Below are positions 33,001 to 44,863 of a stretch of DNA of 64,000 nt, piece by piece. The stretch spans positions 10,292,001-10,356,000 of the forward strand of contig OZ059896.1 of the NCBI GenBank assembly GCA_964057225.1. The letters run 5' to 3'. Each line of letters opens with the position of its first letter. The first letter of the stretch is position 1. The notes under the pieces are model-generated. The model did not search any database. It was not told the origin of the DNA and worked only from the letters and a program-made list of their open reading frames with translations. A program made the position numbers and the translations under genes. Source of the stretch: Auanema rhodensis (lineage: Eukaryota > Animalia > Nematoda).

Positions 33001-36000
33001 TTGGGAGGCCGACTGTGGTGATCTTAGTATAAATTTTGAAGTAGAATGAAATACTAACTGGATACTCAAGCGTTAGCTTGATATCTTTATACTTGTCAGC
33101 CATGTAGTTGAACATTTGATTATTGATGTGTATTTCACCTGCGTTAAATGAAAGATCATTTCATTTCATTGAGTTTTACTTCGATTAACGGTTCCTTCTC
33201 CTAATTTCAATCCAAGAAGAAGTGTTAAGACGATAGGCAAAATTACATGAAGAGCATGTTTCAATATTGTTTTACTCAAAAACGATATCTTTTGTGCTAT
33301 AACAAAACGCAATTCCTTATACAAAATCCATTTCGTAGGTTCTGCAATAGATATATATAATTCTAAACCATCAGTCTTATCTAAAAAATAAACTTGATCT
33401 AATAAATGATGATAATAAGTCCATTTTATATTTTGCTGCCTTTAAAGAGTCAAACTTTGCTGTCGGTAGTTGCACACATCTTGATATATGATTGTTATAA
33501 AATTTACAACGATATATCTTAACTGTTTATAAGCATCATGGATTGTTGGAGTTCTGATCTCAGACAAACAGATTCCTGAATCCTTTATACTTTTGATTTT
33601 TCCTAATGTTTTGGAATAACTAAAAAAATTAAAAATTATTCATGAAACGAATGAGCCAAACAAACAAAGCGGATGGTACCCGAGGAAGGTTGTACACAAC
33701 GTTCTCATTCGGCAATATTTTTCTTTCTATTTTTTTTCCTTCTTGTTTACCAAAGCAATCAATTAATATATTCTAATTGCATATATATGCGATGCGAAAT
33801 AGTTTTTAGCTTATGTACCTTAACTTCTGATAATTTTACATATTCTAAGCTTCTAGATGGCCATAGAACCAATTGCAGATTAGAGCAATGTCTGAAAATT
33901 TGAGGAATCAGTAAAACCTGAAGAAAACGCAAGAAAAATACTTTCGCTTGATATCAGTTAAAGACGCTGAGTCAAGAACTTCTCCATTAGATACAAAAAC
34001 GACAAAGTCAGCTATATCCTCAACGTGGGTGTAATCATAGCTGGTGAACACAATAGTTCTGAAATAATAGTTCAATAAATCATTCAAGATACGAACGTTG
34101 CACTTAGCTCCCTTATGTTTTTGTATAAAGTTGCATATTTTTCTTCGAGTTGAAATATTGCAATTGTCAAATGGATCAGTTAATAATATCAAATCAGCAT
34201 TAGAGATGAAGCAAAGCAATAGACGTAGAATCTTTTTTTGAATATTGCTAAGATCTTGCGGCATTTTTGTGATATATGGCAAGAGAGATAAATCATTTAG
34301 CATCACTTCTATATCGATGTTTTTCACATTTCTCTCTTTTTTAAGTAATTGGCAATGTTCGAGAACAGTCAATCCAAAAAAAAATCCTTTGTCAAACGCT
34401 TCCAGAATGGAACGATGTGGATTGTTCTGAAGAAGAAGATTTATACATATGTAGATTATTATTACACACAAGGAATGAATTTCCAGAAACGGTTATAGAA
34501 CCTGAGTATTCAATTTTCTGATCCAGTAATTGAAGAAGTGTATTTACACCATGACATAGAGGACCGTATAATGCTGTAATCTGCAACAAATCTTAATGAG
34601 TACAATTCATTGTACACCTTACCTTGTTAGAAAATATGCTCAAATTCACATTTTTCAAATCAACATCCTTCTTTTGTAAATTTGTAATTACTCCTTGAAG
34701 TTGAATTAAGACTTCATTGTCATCATTCCTTGTGACTTTTGAAGTTTGTGCATGGTGTAATTGAAAATTACTCGCTTGTTTAGACTTAGGAGTCTTTTTT
34801 ATAAAATCAATCAAGGCTATCACAAGCATTAATGTACAGTCCACTATTAAATATATGATGGGCACAATAGGTGAAATAGTCAATCCTCGAGCAAATGGAG
34901 CTGAAATTAGTAACTTTGATATATCATATTTCAAAATAGTTTTCTAAGAATGATAAGAATCTATCATTTGAACATGATTGAAAAATAAAGCCTACCTGGG
35001 ATAGGGTTGTTTACGGCTCTTAATACGTAATAGTAAGCATTAGTAAAAAATAAAGGATTATAAAAGGAAAAAGATAGATCTGACAAGAAAATCAGATTGC
35101 TTAGAGAAAGTAATCCAAGTATAGCTGAAAAATGCAGAAATTGTATCAATTGAAGGTTACTGCTTAACCTATGCTAGCAATACGACGCGATGGAATCAAA
35201 GTACATACGAGAAGAGCAAAAATTGAAATATTACAAGCATAAAGTAAAGCAGACGGTAGTACAAATTTAAGATACATTAACGTCTAAATAATCATAAATT
35301 TCATAAATTAATTGAGAATTATACCTGATTGTATAATAAAATGGGTATCCAGAAAAACACTTGAACTAAAATAACATTTGCTAAATTTATAAATAGCATT
35401 ACTAAGATATATAGTATGCTATGTATATTCACAGCTTTCATGATATCCTAAATTGTTGGCATAACATCTTTTACGTAACATATATCGAACGCACTCGAGT
35501 TCCGCTCTCGTAATCATTAAAAAAGCGAGAAATTTGTAAATAAATAGGAAGGAGACATATAATAGTTGAAGCTTGACCCAAAACAATAAGAGTTTTGGGA
35601 GAAGATTGCTTCCAAATATGCAGTGCGTTTTGAAAATGAAACGGTACTTCTGTCGAGCATTTCTGAATTAAGATTGGATTGAAATATAAATCAAACTGTT
35701 CTTCTACCAAAGACGAGGGGGCACATTTACATGTTATAAAATTATGTAGAAATAAAGCTGCCCGATTACTTTTCATTTGTGTTGAAGATGTCTGGTCAAT
35801 ACTCGATATATCCCAAAAATCCTCTTGATTTCTAAAGTAGAAAATCATTTCCAGTTCGAATGCAATACATACTTGCTGAAGCTCCAGTTAATGTCCACAA
35901 TACGAAAAGAAGCTTTGAAACTCTCTGGTTGGCATTTTTCTACATAAGCAAATGCTGAATAAGGAATAACTCATTAAATACACATAAAGCTAAATATTGA

Positions 36001-36440
36001 AAAAGTTCGTCTTACTTTCCACTTTCTGATGTTTTGCAACTTCATATATTTCGCTAATGTTATGGACAGGAATATTTATATCAGATGGAGAAGGACGAAA
36101 AAAAGCGGCACATTGCTGATCATGAAATACCTTTAAAGCCAATTTTATATTTATTAATAAAAGCAAACCAACATGAACATTTGGTGGTATGGAAAAAAAG
36201 GCACTAGAAATTTCGGAAAAAATGAGAGGAGTTGTAGTTGGTGTTTCATTGGGTATGGACTAACATTTTATTATATAATTTTGTTTTAATTTTGACTAAC
36301 CGAATAGCTTAGAATAAAAATTGAAAGCAAAGATGTAATGAAAGCAATCAAATTTTCTAATACAAACTGTTTTTGATGATTGCCATTACGTTTAGTTTGT
36401 ATATTTAGCAGAAAACGAAGATGTTTGACGAAAATAAATG
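30077..36440 (-). CDS. Highly divergent full-size ABCA-like transporter with degenerate NBD1 and NBD2; start approximate
   Basis: TMD-NBD-TMD-NBD layout. NBD1 ITALYGPLCHGVNT...LSNIQKKIL...LILLTDPF...RTIVFTSYD; NBD2 LFLGDTNESRST...KPSVLLIDDID...SVMTSCS...VAIMLNGQI; C-terminal DFALSSPDLD resembles ABCA DYSVSQTTLD. Confidence 0.75.
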
Positions 36441-36785
36441 CTAAAATATGCTTTTTATATCATTATAATACAAAAGTTATAGAAAAATACCCATCTATCA
36501 TCCAAATCACATTAATAAAAAACAAGAATAAGAGTTATGCTTCGTGGCTTCTTCACGTGTATTAACAATTAATATGCTAATTTCTGAAGTGTTTGAAAGA
36601 AGCTTATTCATATGTTTGACTTTATTCTAATTTTGTTTGGAAAAATATATGATGTATTGTAATATTAAAAAAAAGAGTTTTGAAAAAAAAATCTTCTTCA
36701 TAAAGTTTTAAAAACCATGCTAACATATAATATTCGAAAACAACTTCACAGAACAAACATTCATATATGATATACTTCAGCCGTT

Positions 36786-37808
36786 TCAATTCTCTCCAAT
36801 TGCTTTCACCCAACGTTTGGGAATTAGAAATTTGGCACCAAATTTGCGAGTTCTAAACCGTATTTCAGCAAATTCCTCGTCCTGAAGTTAACAACAGATT
36901 TATCAAATGTAAAGATTTACATACTATTAGCCATCGAATATCTGAACGCAACTGAGCGTTTAATTGCCTCGCACGATTAGCCAATTTTGGACGAGAACAT
37001 CCATCTAGTGATAACAATGGAGAATACCTAGACATGACGATAGCGGAGGTTCCATTATCAACAATATCTAATAATTTTCAAAATATGAGATATTTAACTT
37101 CGATAAAATAATTATTACTGCTGTAATTTCTCTTTGATAAAGAAGGCTCGCTTTTTCTTATCATTGGTGTTACATTTTTTGGAAATAATGAATCTCCATA
37201 GGCGATAAACTTATTACAGTTAACTTCAGCATCATTATTTCTAAGATAATTAATAAAACACATAAATTAAAAAAAGATATAATACTTCAAATTTGTGCTT
37301 TGACCGTCTGCATCAAGAAGGTTAGCTTTCTCTTCCTCGTCAGATTCATTGTAGTCTCCGTTCAGAGATGCTACATTCTCTAGACCAAAGAAAAAATAGA
37401 TAAAGAGCTGTGGGTGCAGATGACACCTGAATTGTTATGTTTTTCTTCATTTTGGTTATCCCTTCCTCTCCTGATTCTTTTTCCATCTGACTTCCGTTTA
37501 TGCCTTCTTGTACTACTTCTTCGTCTTCTAGTCTTGGAGCCGCGCAATATAGCTTTTCTTGTTGCATATTTCTTTTTCTTTTTCGATGACTAAACTATAT
37601 AATTCATTTCTATACATCTTCAATAAATATGCATTACTGACATTTTTTTTGGATTTTACTTTTGAATTCTTCTTTTTTGTTTTTGAATTCTTTAATTCTT
37701 AAAGGCCAAAATTCAATGATATTCAAAAATGTAACTCTCACTTGCCATAGTCCATATTACGCAAATAATAGAAAATGAGGATATGCCAATAAAAAATATT
37801 TCATTCAT
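36786..37808 (-). CDS. Hypothetical protein with N-terminal signal/TM anchor and Lys-rich linker
   Basis: MNEIFFIGISSFSIICVIWTM followed by GT-AG exons ending ...IPKRWVKAIGEN*. No domain recognised. Confidence 0.5.
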
Positions 37809-38292
37809 ACTACCAGAATCTCAGTTTTGGCAAAAAAAATAAAATTGTTCACGTGAACACGTGATATACTGTACCCAACCTTTCAACTTTCAACAATTTC
37901 TAACATAACGGAAAGTGAAATGGACTTTGAAAAAAACTGATACTGAATTCTAAAAATATTTCTTATATCACTCATTTTTTACATTGTTTCGCATATAAAA
38001 AAAGTTGTTGATTACAAGAGAATTGCTATATTCAACGGGCTTCTCCTTTCTTCTTCAATATTTTATCATGAGCCTCTGGCCAAATTTGAGCTCTTATCAC
38101 ACGAATCACTGAAAGGTCAGTTCGCATTTAAAGCATTTCTTATCTTGAGAATTGATGAGTCGTTTGTCATTGATTATACTCGTCCGAAAGTCCTCAGAAC
38201 GTTCTCACCTTATAGGCCTATGGCCTGACACCAGCCGGTCTGTTCCAGAATCATACGCGAGCAAAATAAGTTAAACTTAATAAGCTAGAACA

Positions 38293-39461
38293 ATGAGAAA
38301 TACTCATCTTCGTGTTGGTCCTATACATAATCCACCACGTCGCGAAAACGAACTTTTACATCTTGAGCCTTTCAAATCCCCACTCGGTTACCTTCGCATT
38401 TTCGAACTGGTTGGTTTCTATATTTTTACCTTAAGTAGTAATCAATGGAGCTTAAATTTTGTCGAACTTATGTTATATAAAAAATATTTGTGTGGATCAA
38501 TTCTTATTAGTTTCATTTATAAAAGCTTCGTTCATTATTCACGCAATTAATCAAAAATCATTCCATCTGATTCATCATTTTTATTTTAGATCATATGCAT
38601 TGTATGTATATCAACAGTGAGCTGTTGGTATATGGAATTGGATTATAGTTGTCGGAACGGATCAACATCAGTATATCTTCATCAGAATAGGATAACAACT
38701 TTCCAGTAATCGCTTTGTTATCAAGGAGTAATTAAACTAACTCGCTACTTTAGCTTATCTCAGGTTGAGTTTAAAGGATGTGATGAAGTTAACAGGACTC
38801 TTTGGCATCAAAACGATGATGCAAGATTGTGAGTAGTTATTAGTTTATATGAACTTACAAATCATGTTTAATTACAGAAATGTACGTTGGTTTTACATTG
38901 TCAGTTCATTAGGTTTGATAGCATCTGTAGTAATCAGTGTAACATACCTCTTTTTTTGGAGATTATACTGTGAGCATGATATTTGCTCATTAGTGGTATT
39001 CACATTATTATTTAACGAAAGTTAAAAAAAATATTAAGGACTTAGCTGTTTCTGTACTATTGACAATTATTTATTTAATTTGTTCATGTGTATGGTGGGC
39101 AGGTGTTAGCATTATTGGAACAGCAACTAGGTTATTCATAAATAAAAGCCTATTCATTACTTTGACTTTCAATTTAGTGAAGAAACTATCCGCCAACTTT
39201 TCACTGAAAATGCGGGTTTCTGGGACTTGGACGACATGAACATGTCGTTTGAACGTGAAGTTAATCAATGGGTTCTTGTTATTTCCGTGGTAGATCTTTA
39301 TGTATTTTTCGATTTTTTAACAACTTTCATAGATGTTGAATTGGTGTTCTTTTGGCCTAAATGCAGCAAGTTCAACATACATATTCAAGCGTTAGTTTTC
39401 ATTCAATCTGCAAAATATAAAACTCATTTTAGATCTGAAAGGACATATATACCCTACATGA
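38293..39461 (+). CDS. Second, divergent synaptophysin-like MARVEL protein (sph-1 paralog)
   Basis: EPFKSPLGYLRIFEL, DLAVSVLLTIIYLICSCVWWAG...GTATSEE. Intron positions parallel those of the 29.0-30.0 kb gene. May have upstream exons (38070-38290). Confidence 0.75.
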
Positions 39462-39535
39462 TCTGATGAAATGTACATTATAAAACTATGCTACAAAACA
39501 AAACAATAACAATAACAATAGTCAACAAAAACGAA

Positions 39536-41116
39536 TTAGTACGTGGGAAACTGATCATCGACATTGTCAGCCCAAGATTGGTACCCTCCTTCTATATCTC
39601 GTACAGTGCATGGCTTCATTTTTTCCTTAAGAATTTCTACTGCAAGTTGGGAATCATTTCCTCGGTGACAAATAATAAAAACTAAAATAAGAACATTCAA
39701 TTCAATTAGATTTAAGAAAAAAACAAACTTGATGTATCAGTAGTATCATCTATATTCAGAATTTGACGAATCTCATCCGCTGAGCTTTTCTTCATCTTTT
39801 CGAGAGATAAATCTAAATATAAAAGACAAATAAATTGGGAAATTAACTGTTAATAATACTTTTGGCTTCAGGCAAATGAGCAATATTAAACTCATTAGCT
39901 GGCCTGGTGTCCAAAAGGTACGGATTATATTTCATTCGCATTTCGTTATATTCTTCTACAGTAACCCTATCATCTTTCTGGAGTAATTTTAGGGAAGGAG
40001 CCTAAAAAAAATTTTTAAATGTTAATTAAAATAGAAAACTACTTTATCATCAGCACTTGATCCACAAAATACATTGTAATCAATCAGTTCAGTAACTGTA
40101 GGATGTTCTCCACAAATGGCACAGTTTGGAGAACGTTTACGGATGGATACAGCCCGTGACCGACCAGACAGTCCGTCAAACAAAAACAGTTTTTGTGAGA
40201 AAGAGGCTAAAGAGAAGTATTAATTGCGGAGAAACTATTAGTTAACTTACGGCCAGACCCTGAAGCAATTTTTATAACTTCCAAAGCTTGCAAACATCCA
40301 ATTACTCCAACGATCGGGCCCAGCACACCACCTTCAGAGCAATTTGTAACAAAAGAAGCATTTGGAGGGCAGGGATATAAACATCGATAACATGGTCCTT
40401 CCTAAATGAATGAAAAACTTCAAAAAAAAAAAATTAATTTACTTCGCCGTAATGATATACTGTTAGTTGGCCTTCCCATCGTAAAGCGCTTCCGCTCACA
40501 AGGGGCTTATTTAACAAGACACATGCATCATTTATCAAATATCTAAAAATATATAGTTCCGTTTTCATCAATTATACAAACCTTGTGGATGGATTATCAC
40601 TGCAATCAACAACTATATCATACTCTTTCACGATGTTTAAGCAATTGTGACGATTCAATAGCACGTTGTAACAATTCACATTTATCAAATGATTCAAACT
40701 AAAATTAAAAACAATAAAAAATAAAATATATGTTCTTACCCCAAGATGGACTCTTTAAGCGATTCAGTTTTGGGTTTGCCCACGTTGACTTCTTTGTGAG
40801 CTACTTGACGATGTAAGTTATCTGTTGATACCTTCAATTTCCATTAAAAACCACTACCAAACTTATTAATACCTCATCATAGTCTACAATACCAATAGTT
40901 CCTATTCCAGATCCAGCTAAATAGGTTGCAACAGGGCAACCTAATCCTCCAGCTCCCAAAATCAGCACTTTTGCTGCTTTCACTCTTTCTTGACCTGCAA
41001 GAAGAAACATTTATTTACAACACAGGATTGGTATTCCTACCTTCAACTCCAAAATCATTAACTAACAACTGTCTACTGTACCTCCCTATTTCTTCTTTAT
41101 TAAGAGAATGACTCAT
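39536..41116 (-). CDS. moc-3: MOCS3/UBA4 adenylyltransferase-sulfurtransferase
   Basis: [32 protein letters not shown]-terminal rhodanese CHRGNDS...GGYQSW...FPTY*. Confidence 0.95.
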
Positions 41117-41336
41117 GGCAGAAGCTGAAGATACTTAGGAAAAGCATCCAAAGCCTTACTTTAATAGTTTGAATGATAGCGAAAGTTTAAAAAAGCGCAA
41201 ATATTATTCATTGGCGTAAACGCCGTGTTTCACAACTTGGGACTTTATATTTTCTGTAGAGGTTTTTTCAAAATTGTATTGATATTTCAATGTTTTGAGA
41301 ACTCTTTTAATTTAATTTGAACTCCGTTTTAGCAAA

Positions 41337-42231
41337 ATGCTGCTCCGGGTATGCGGACGAACTGTGCAGTGGAGAGCTTTAACTCCAATCCGCGGTCTCG
41401 CTTCTCATGGTCATGGACACGGCCAGGATGCTAACATCGAAAGAAAATCTGATTTGTATAGGTATGCTAATTCATATAATATTTTATTTATATAGTAGAA
41501 AAAAAACAATTGTAGACCTGGTTCCGATTCATACGCCTATGAAAACCCCTGGCCAAAACTTAATGGCGGTCGTCTCGATTGGCTTTTCGGTGATGGATGG
41601 AGAAGACCTTTAGCTAAAGATCAGGGAGCTAAAATGGTTAGACTGCAGAATTTTAACTTTTATAACTTTTATTATAAATTTTCAAAATTTTATATAACAT
41701 CCTTAAACTATATCCATTATTTAATCGTCAAAATAAAACAGTTTCTCACATTGTTTGAAATATTTTATCTAAATTTTATAATGTTCAGAGACGCGAATGG
41801 ATTTGGTTCTCACAAGTAGCACATGATGAACACAAAGATTGGCTGAAATTTCACCAAGTTTGTTTTAACTGTATATGTTATTATTAATTCGCTTAATAGG
41901 TGGCTTTCTTACTCTTCACCGTTCTCACTACATGGTTTACATGTTGGATTATGTTTGCCAGACCTGATTGGTATGCTACTTTTGAAACAAAAGAGTTATA
42001 TATTGGTATTTTTAGGCCTATGGGACGCGAGTGGGCTTTACGTGAGGCACATTTAGAAATAGCTAGAAGAGAAAAGGCTGGATTACCACTTATTAGTCCT
42101 GACTTGGTTCCAAGGTAAAAACTGTTATATTTCTCTTTTTATTATCTATGCTAATCATTTTTTCCAGAGAGCGTGTTGTTGCTACTCTTCCATCTGATGA
42201 GGAGTTGAGAGACTTCGAGGTTCTCATTTAA
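41337..42231 (+). CDS. NADH dehydrogenase 1 beta subcomplex subunit 11 (ESSS/NDUFB11)
   Basis: Mitochondrial-type presequence, single TM, ARPDW...EWALREAHLEIARREKAGLPLISPDLVP; head-to-head with moc-3. Confidence 0.85.
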
Positions 42232-42418
42232 GTGAACTTGGGTATAGATTTATGTATTGTTGTTTTTTAATCATATAGATTTGATGTCTATGTAGAAACA
42301 AATTACACTGGTTCAAGCTAAATTGTTGTTCATAGGACCTTGTGTATGTTGTGTTTTTAGAATTAGTTGTACAATGACACAATTTCAATACATTTTTGAA
42401 TGTTTTATTAATTCGGTA

Positions 42419-43500
42419 TTAAAAACGCCATGGTTGACGTTTCACTGTGGGAGTCGATTGGTTGATCCTGCTTTTGCTTTGACTACTCTTAAGTCTGGTT
42501 GCTGATGTGCTACGCCACAGACGCTCACCTCGTGGGGCATTCCTATCGAATAATTTTATACAATATACAGACTTGGTTAACTTACTTTTTGTGTTCTAAT
42601 GCTGCTTTCAAGGCATAAATATCAAATGTTTGCATTTCTGGTGAACATAAGCCAATAGGTACCACTTGCTTGTATTGCTCTATGTCTTAAATTCACATAT
42701 ATATATATTTTAAAAATATGATCAAATGTCTTCTCACTGCCTTGGAGTTGGATTGCGCTATATCCACGCTGTATTAGAGCTGATGTAGTGTTACCAGATG
42801 AGTTTCCATATATTATAAGAGTTTTTTCTCGATATTTTCCTTGTGCTATTACTTCTGTTTCAAAGTAATTACGACATAGAAGGCGACGATCATAATGTAA
42901 TGCTTTAATGGTTTGAAGATACGTGAAATATTTTAAAATAAGAATGCTTACCTGAGATTATATGGTGTTTATCGTACTCATCTTTGTCGTTAACATCAAT
43001 TATTACGAAGTCACCTATCGATATTTGTTGTTTTTCATCCCGAAGTATGAGAAATTTGAGCTGAGAATTATGAATATAAGAATAGAATTCAAATAAGTTC
43101 AAACCATTTTGTAAATGTCTATAGCCGGATATGTTTCTTCTGGTAAAATCATTTTAGAAGAAATAAAAAATTAAGTTTAGTCATATTTTTCGTTGAAGAA
43201 TATTAAAATTATTAGATCAGCATCGTGGTAGTCGATATGCAGTATACTTTCGTCAGCGATGAGAAGGCGTTATTCTGAGGAGTTACCATAGCAACGTCCC
43301 CTTTAAGCTCGAGGTGAATAAATGCGGAAGAATTAGAAGGAAATGATGATTTTTGTAAGTATGGGTTATATTTCACCACATTATCTTGTAGCTCATAATG
43401 ACATGTTTGAAGTACATGTTCACTCAAAATAAAGGTTTTTACTACAAATTTATGTATGTGACTGGGTCAATGAGCTCATATTAACAGGTTTATTCATTGT
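42419..43500 (-). CDS. Hypothetical spliced protein; boundaries approximate
   Basis: Several open exon-like segments bounded by GT/AG (e.g. DEKQQISIGDFVIIDV..., ...STPTVKRQPWRF*). No recognisable domain. Confidence 0.4.
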
Positions 43501-44863
43501 TTTGGCAATTGGATTTTATCAATAAATTAGTAGAAGAAGCAAGCATAATCCAGTTTTTTAATCAGTAATTCGTGTATGAGAAAATTCAGTGGCATTTCTT
43601 CGTTTTAAAAGCTAATCGTATATTCAGAGAACTGTCGTAATTTGTACTTTTTTTCCGAGTCAAGTTTTCTGCCTTTAATTTTACTTCGTGAAATTGTTAT
43701 AAATATATAAAAATTATAAATTTAAATTATCAAATGAAATAAAATGTTAAATTTAAAACAAAATTTGTTTGAATCATAACTGTGTGTTCATTATTATTAT
43801 ATACATATATGTATGTATATATATATATCTATGTCTGTATGTGTGTGTGTCAATGTTAATAATCACTTCAATTATAAAGCAAAGAAAAAAATGATAGTGA
43901 GGTTATTCGTTCTTTAGTTGGTACAGCACAAAACGAGTTTCTTGCCAATAGTTTTACACCCATGAGAACATGCCTGATCTCGATTAATGTTTCCTTTCAG
44001 TCGATGTCGTCTAGTCGTCTTGTCTTGAATACGCCTTATAAAATCTTCGAACTCTGAACTCTACTAGCAAAATTCTTAACTTTCACATGATTATATATAA
44101 TTGATTACTATACTATGTATTTAACTATTGGTCTTTCATACTAATTTATTTTCATCAACATTAAAGAAGACATGTTATCAGCAAAAAATCGTAGCGTACT
44201 TTTGAACCTTATATAGGAGGAGAGACATTCCAAATATATGATCAGGCGATATTTATTTTTTTGTACCATGACCACAAAATAAAATAATTTTGTTTTCTTT
44301 ATTTCATTTCCATAATCTTTCTATTATATATTGTTTCATAATGTAGTTATATACTTTGTTCTGACAATGCAGATACACGTGCAAACTTGTCTCACAGATG
44401 CGTTTTGGATTCATAGAAAACAAAAAAACATGTTTTGGATACTTATTGCCTGGCCTTGAAACTTACATGTAGATTGCTTAACGGGCCAAGATAAAAATAT
44501 ACAATTTCTTACCTTTTTAAAGTTAAGAATATGTACATGTATGTAGTAGTATATATAAACTGGATTTATGATGTTCTTTACCCGCGAATAGGTTCGCTGT
44601 TTCTGTTGTTTGTTATCTTCAGGTCCTACTAATAGTGGATTGTAGTCTATTTTCTTCTCTTTAACTGATAACAGTCCAAATATCATTTACTCTTTAGTGA
44701 AGCTAGAGTTGCTATTAATCTCTATTACCACAATCATTCAGTACCAAGTATTTAGACATTTTCTTTTATTTTGTTTGTCCTAATCTTTTCTTTCTATTCA
44801 TATATTGACTGTAATTTATATACATATATTAGTAAAGAAGAAGTATTTGTTCTCTGATTGGAT

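Noticed and set aside
38150-38196. Hammerhead ribozyme-like TGATGAG...CGAAA
   Set aside because: Core reads TTGATGA rather than CTGATGA, stem II does not abut GAAA, and stems I and III could not be formed.
44340-44680. Possible H/ACA or C/D snoRNA-like hairpins upstream of pmp-4
   Set aside because: Boxes are imperfect and expected by chance in AT-rich DNA; more likely promoter/outron sequence.
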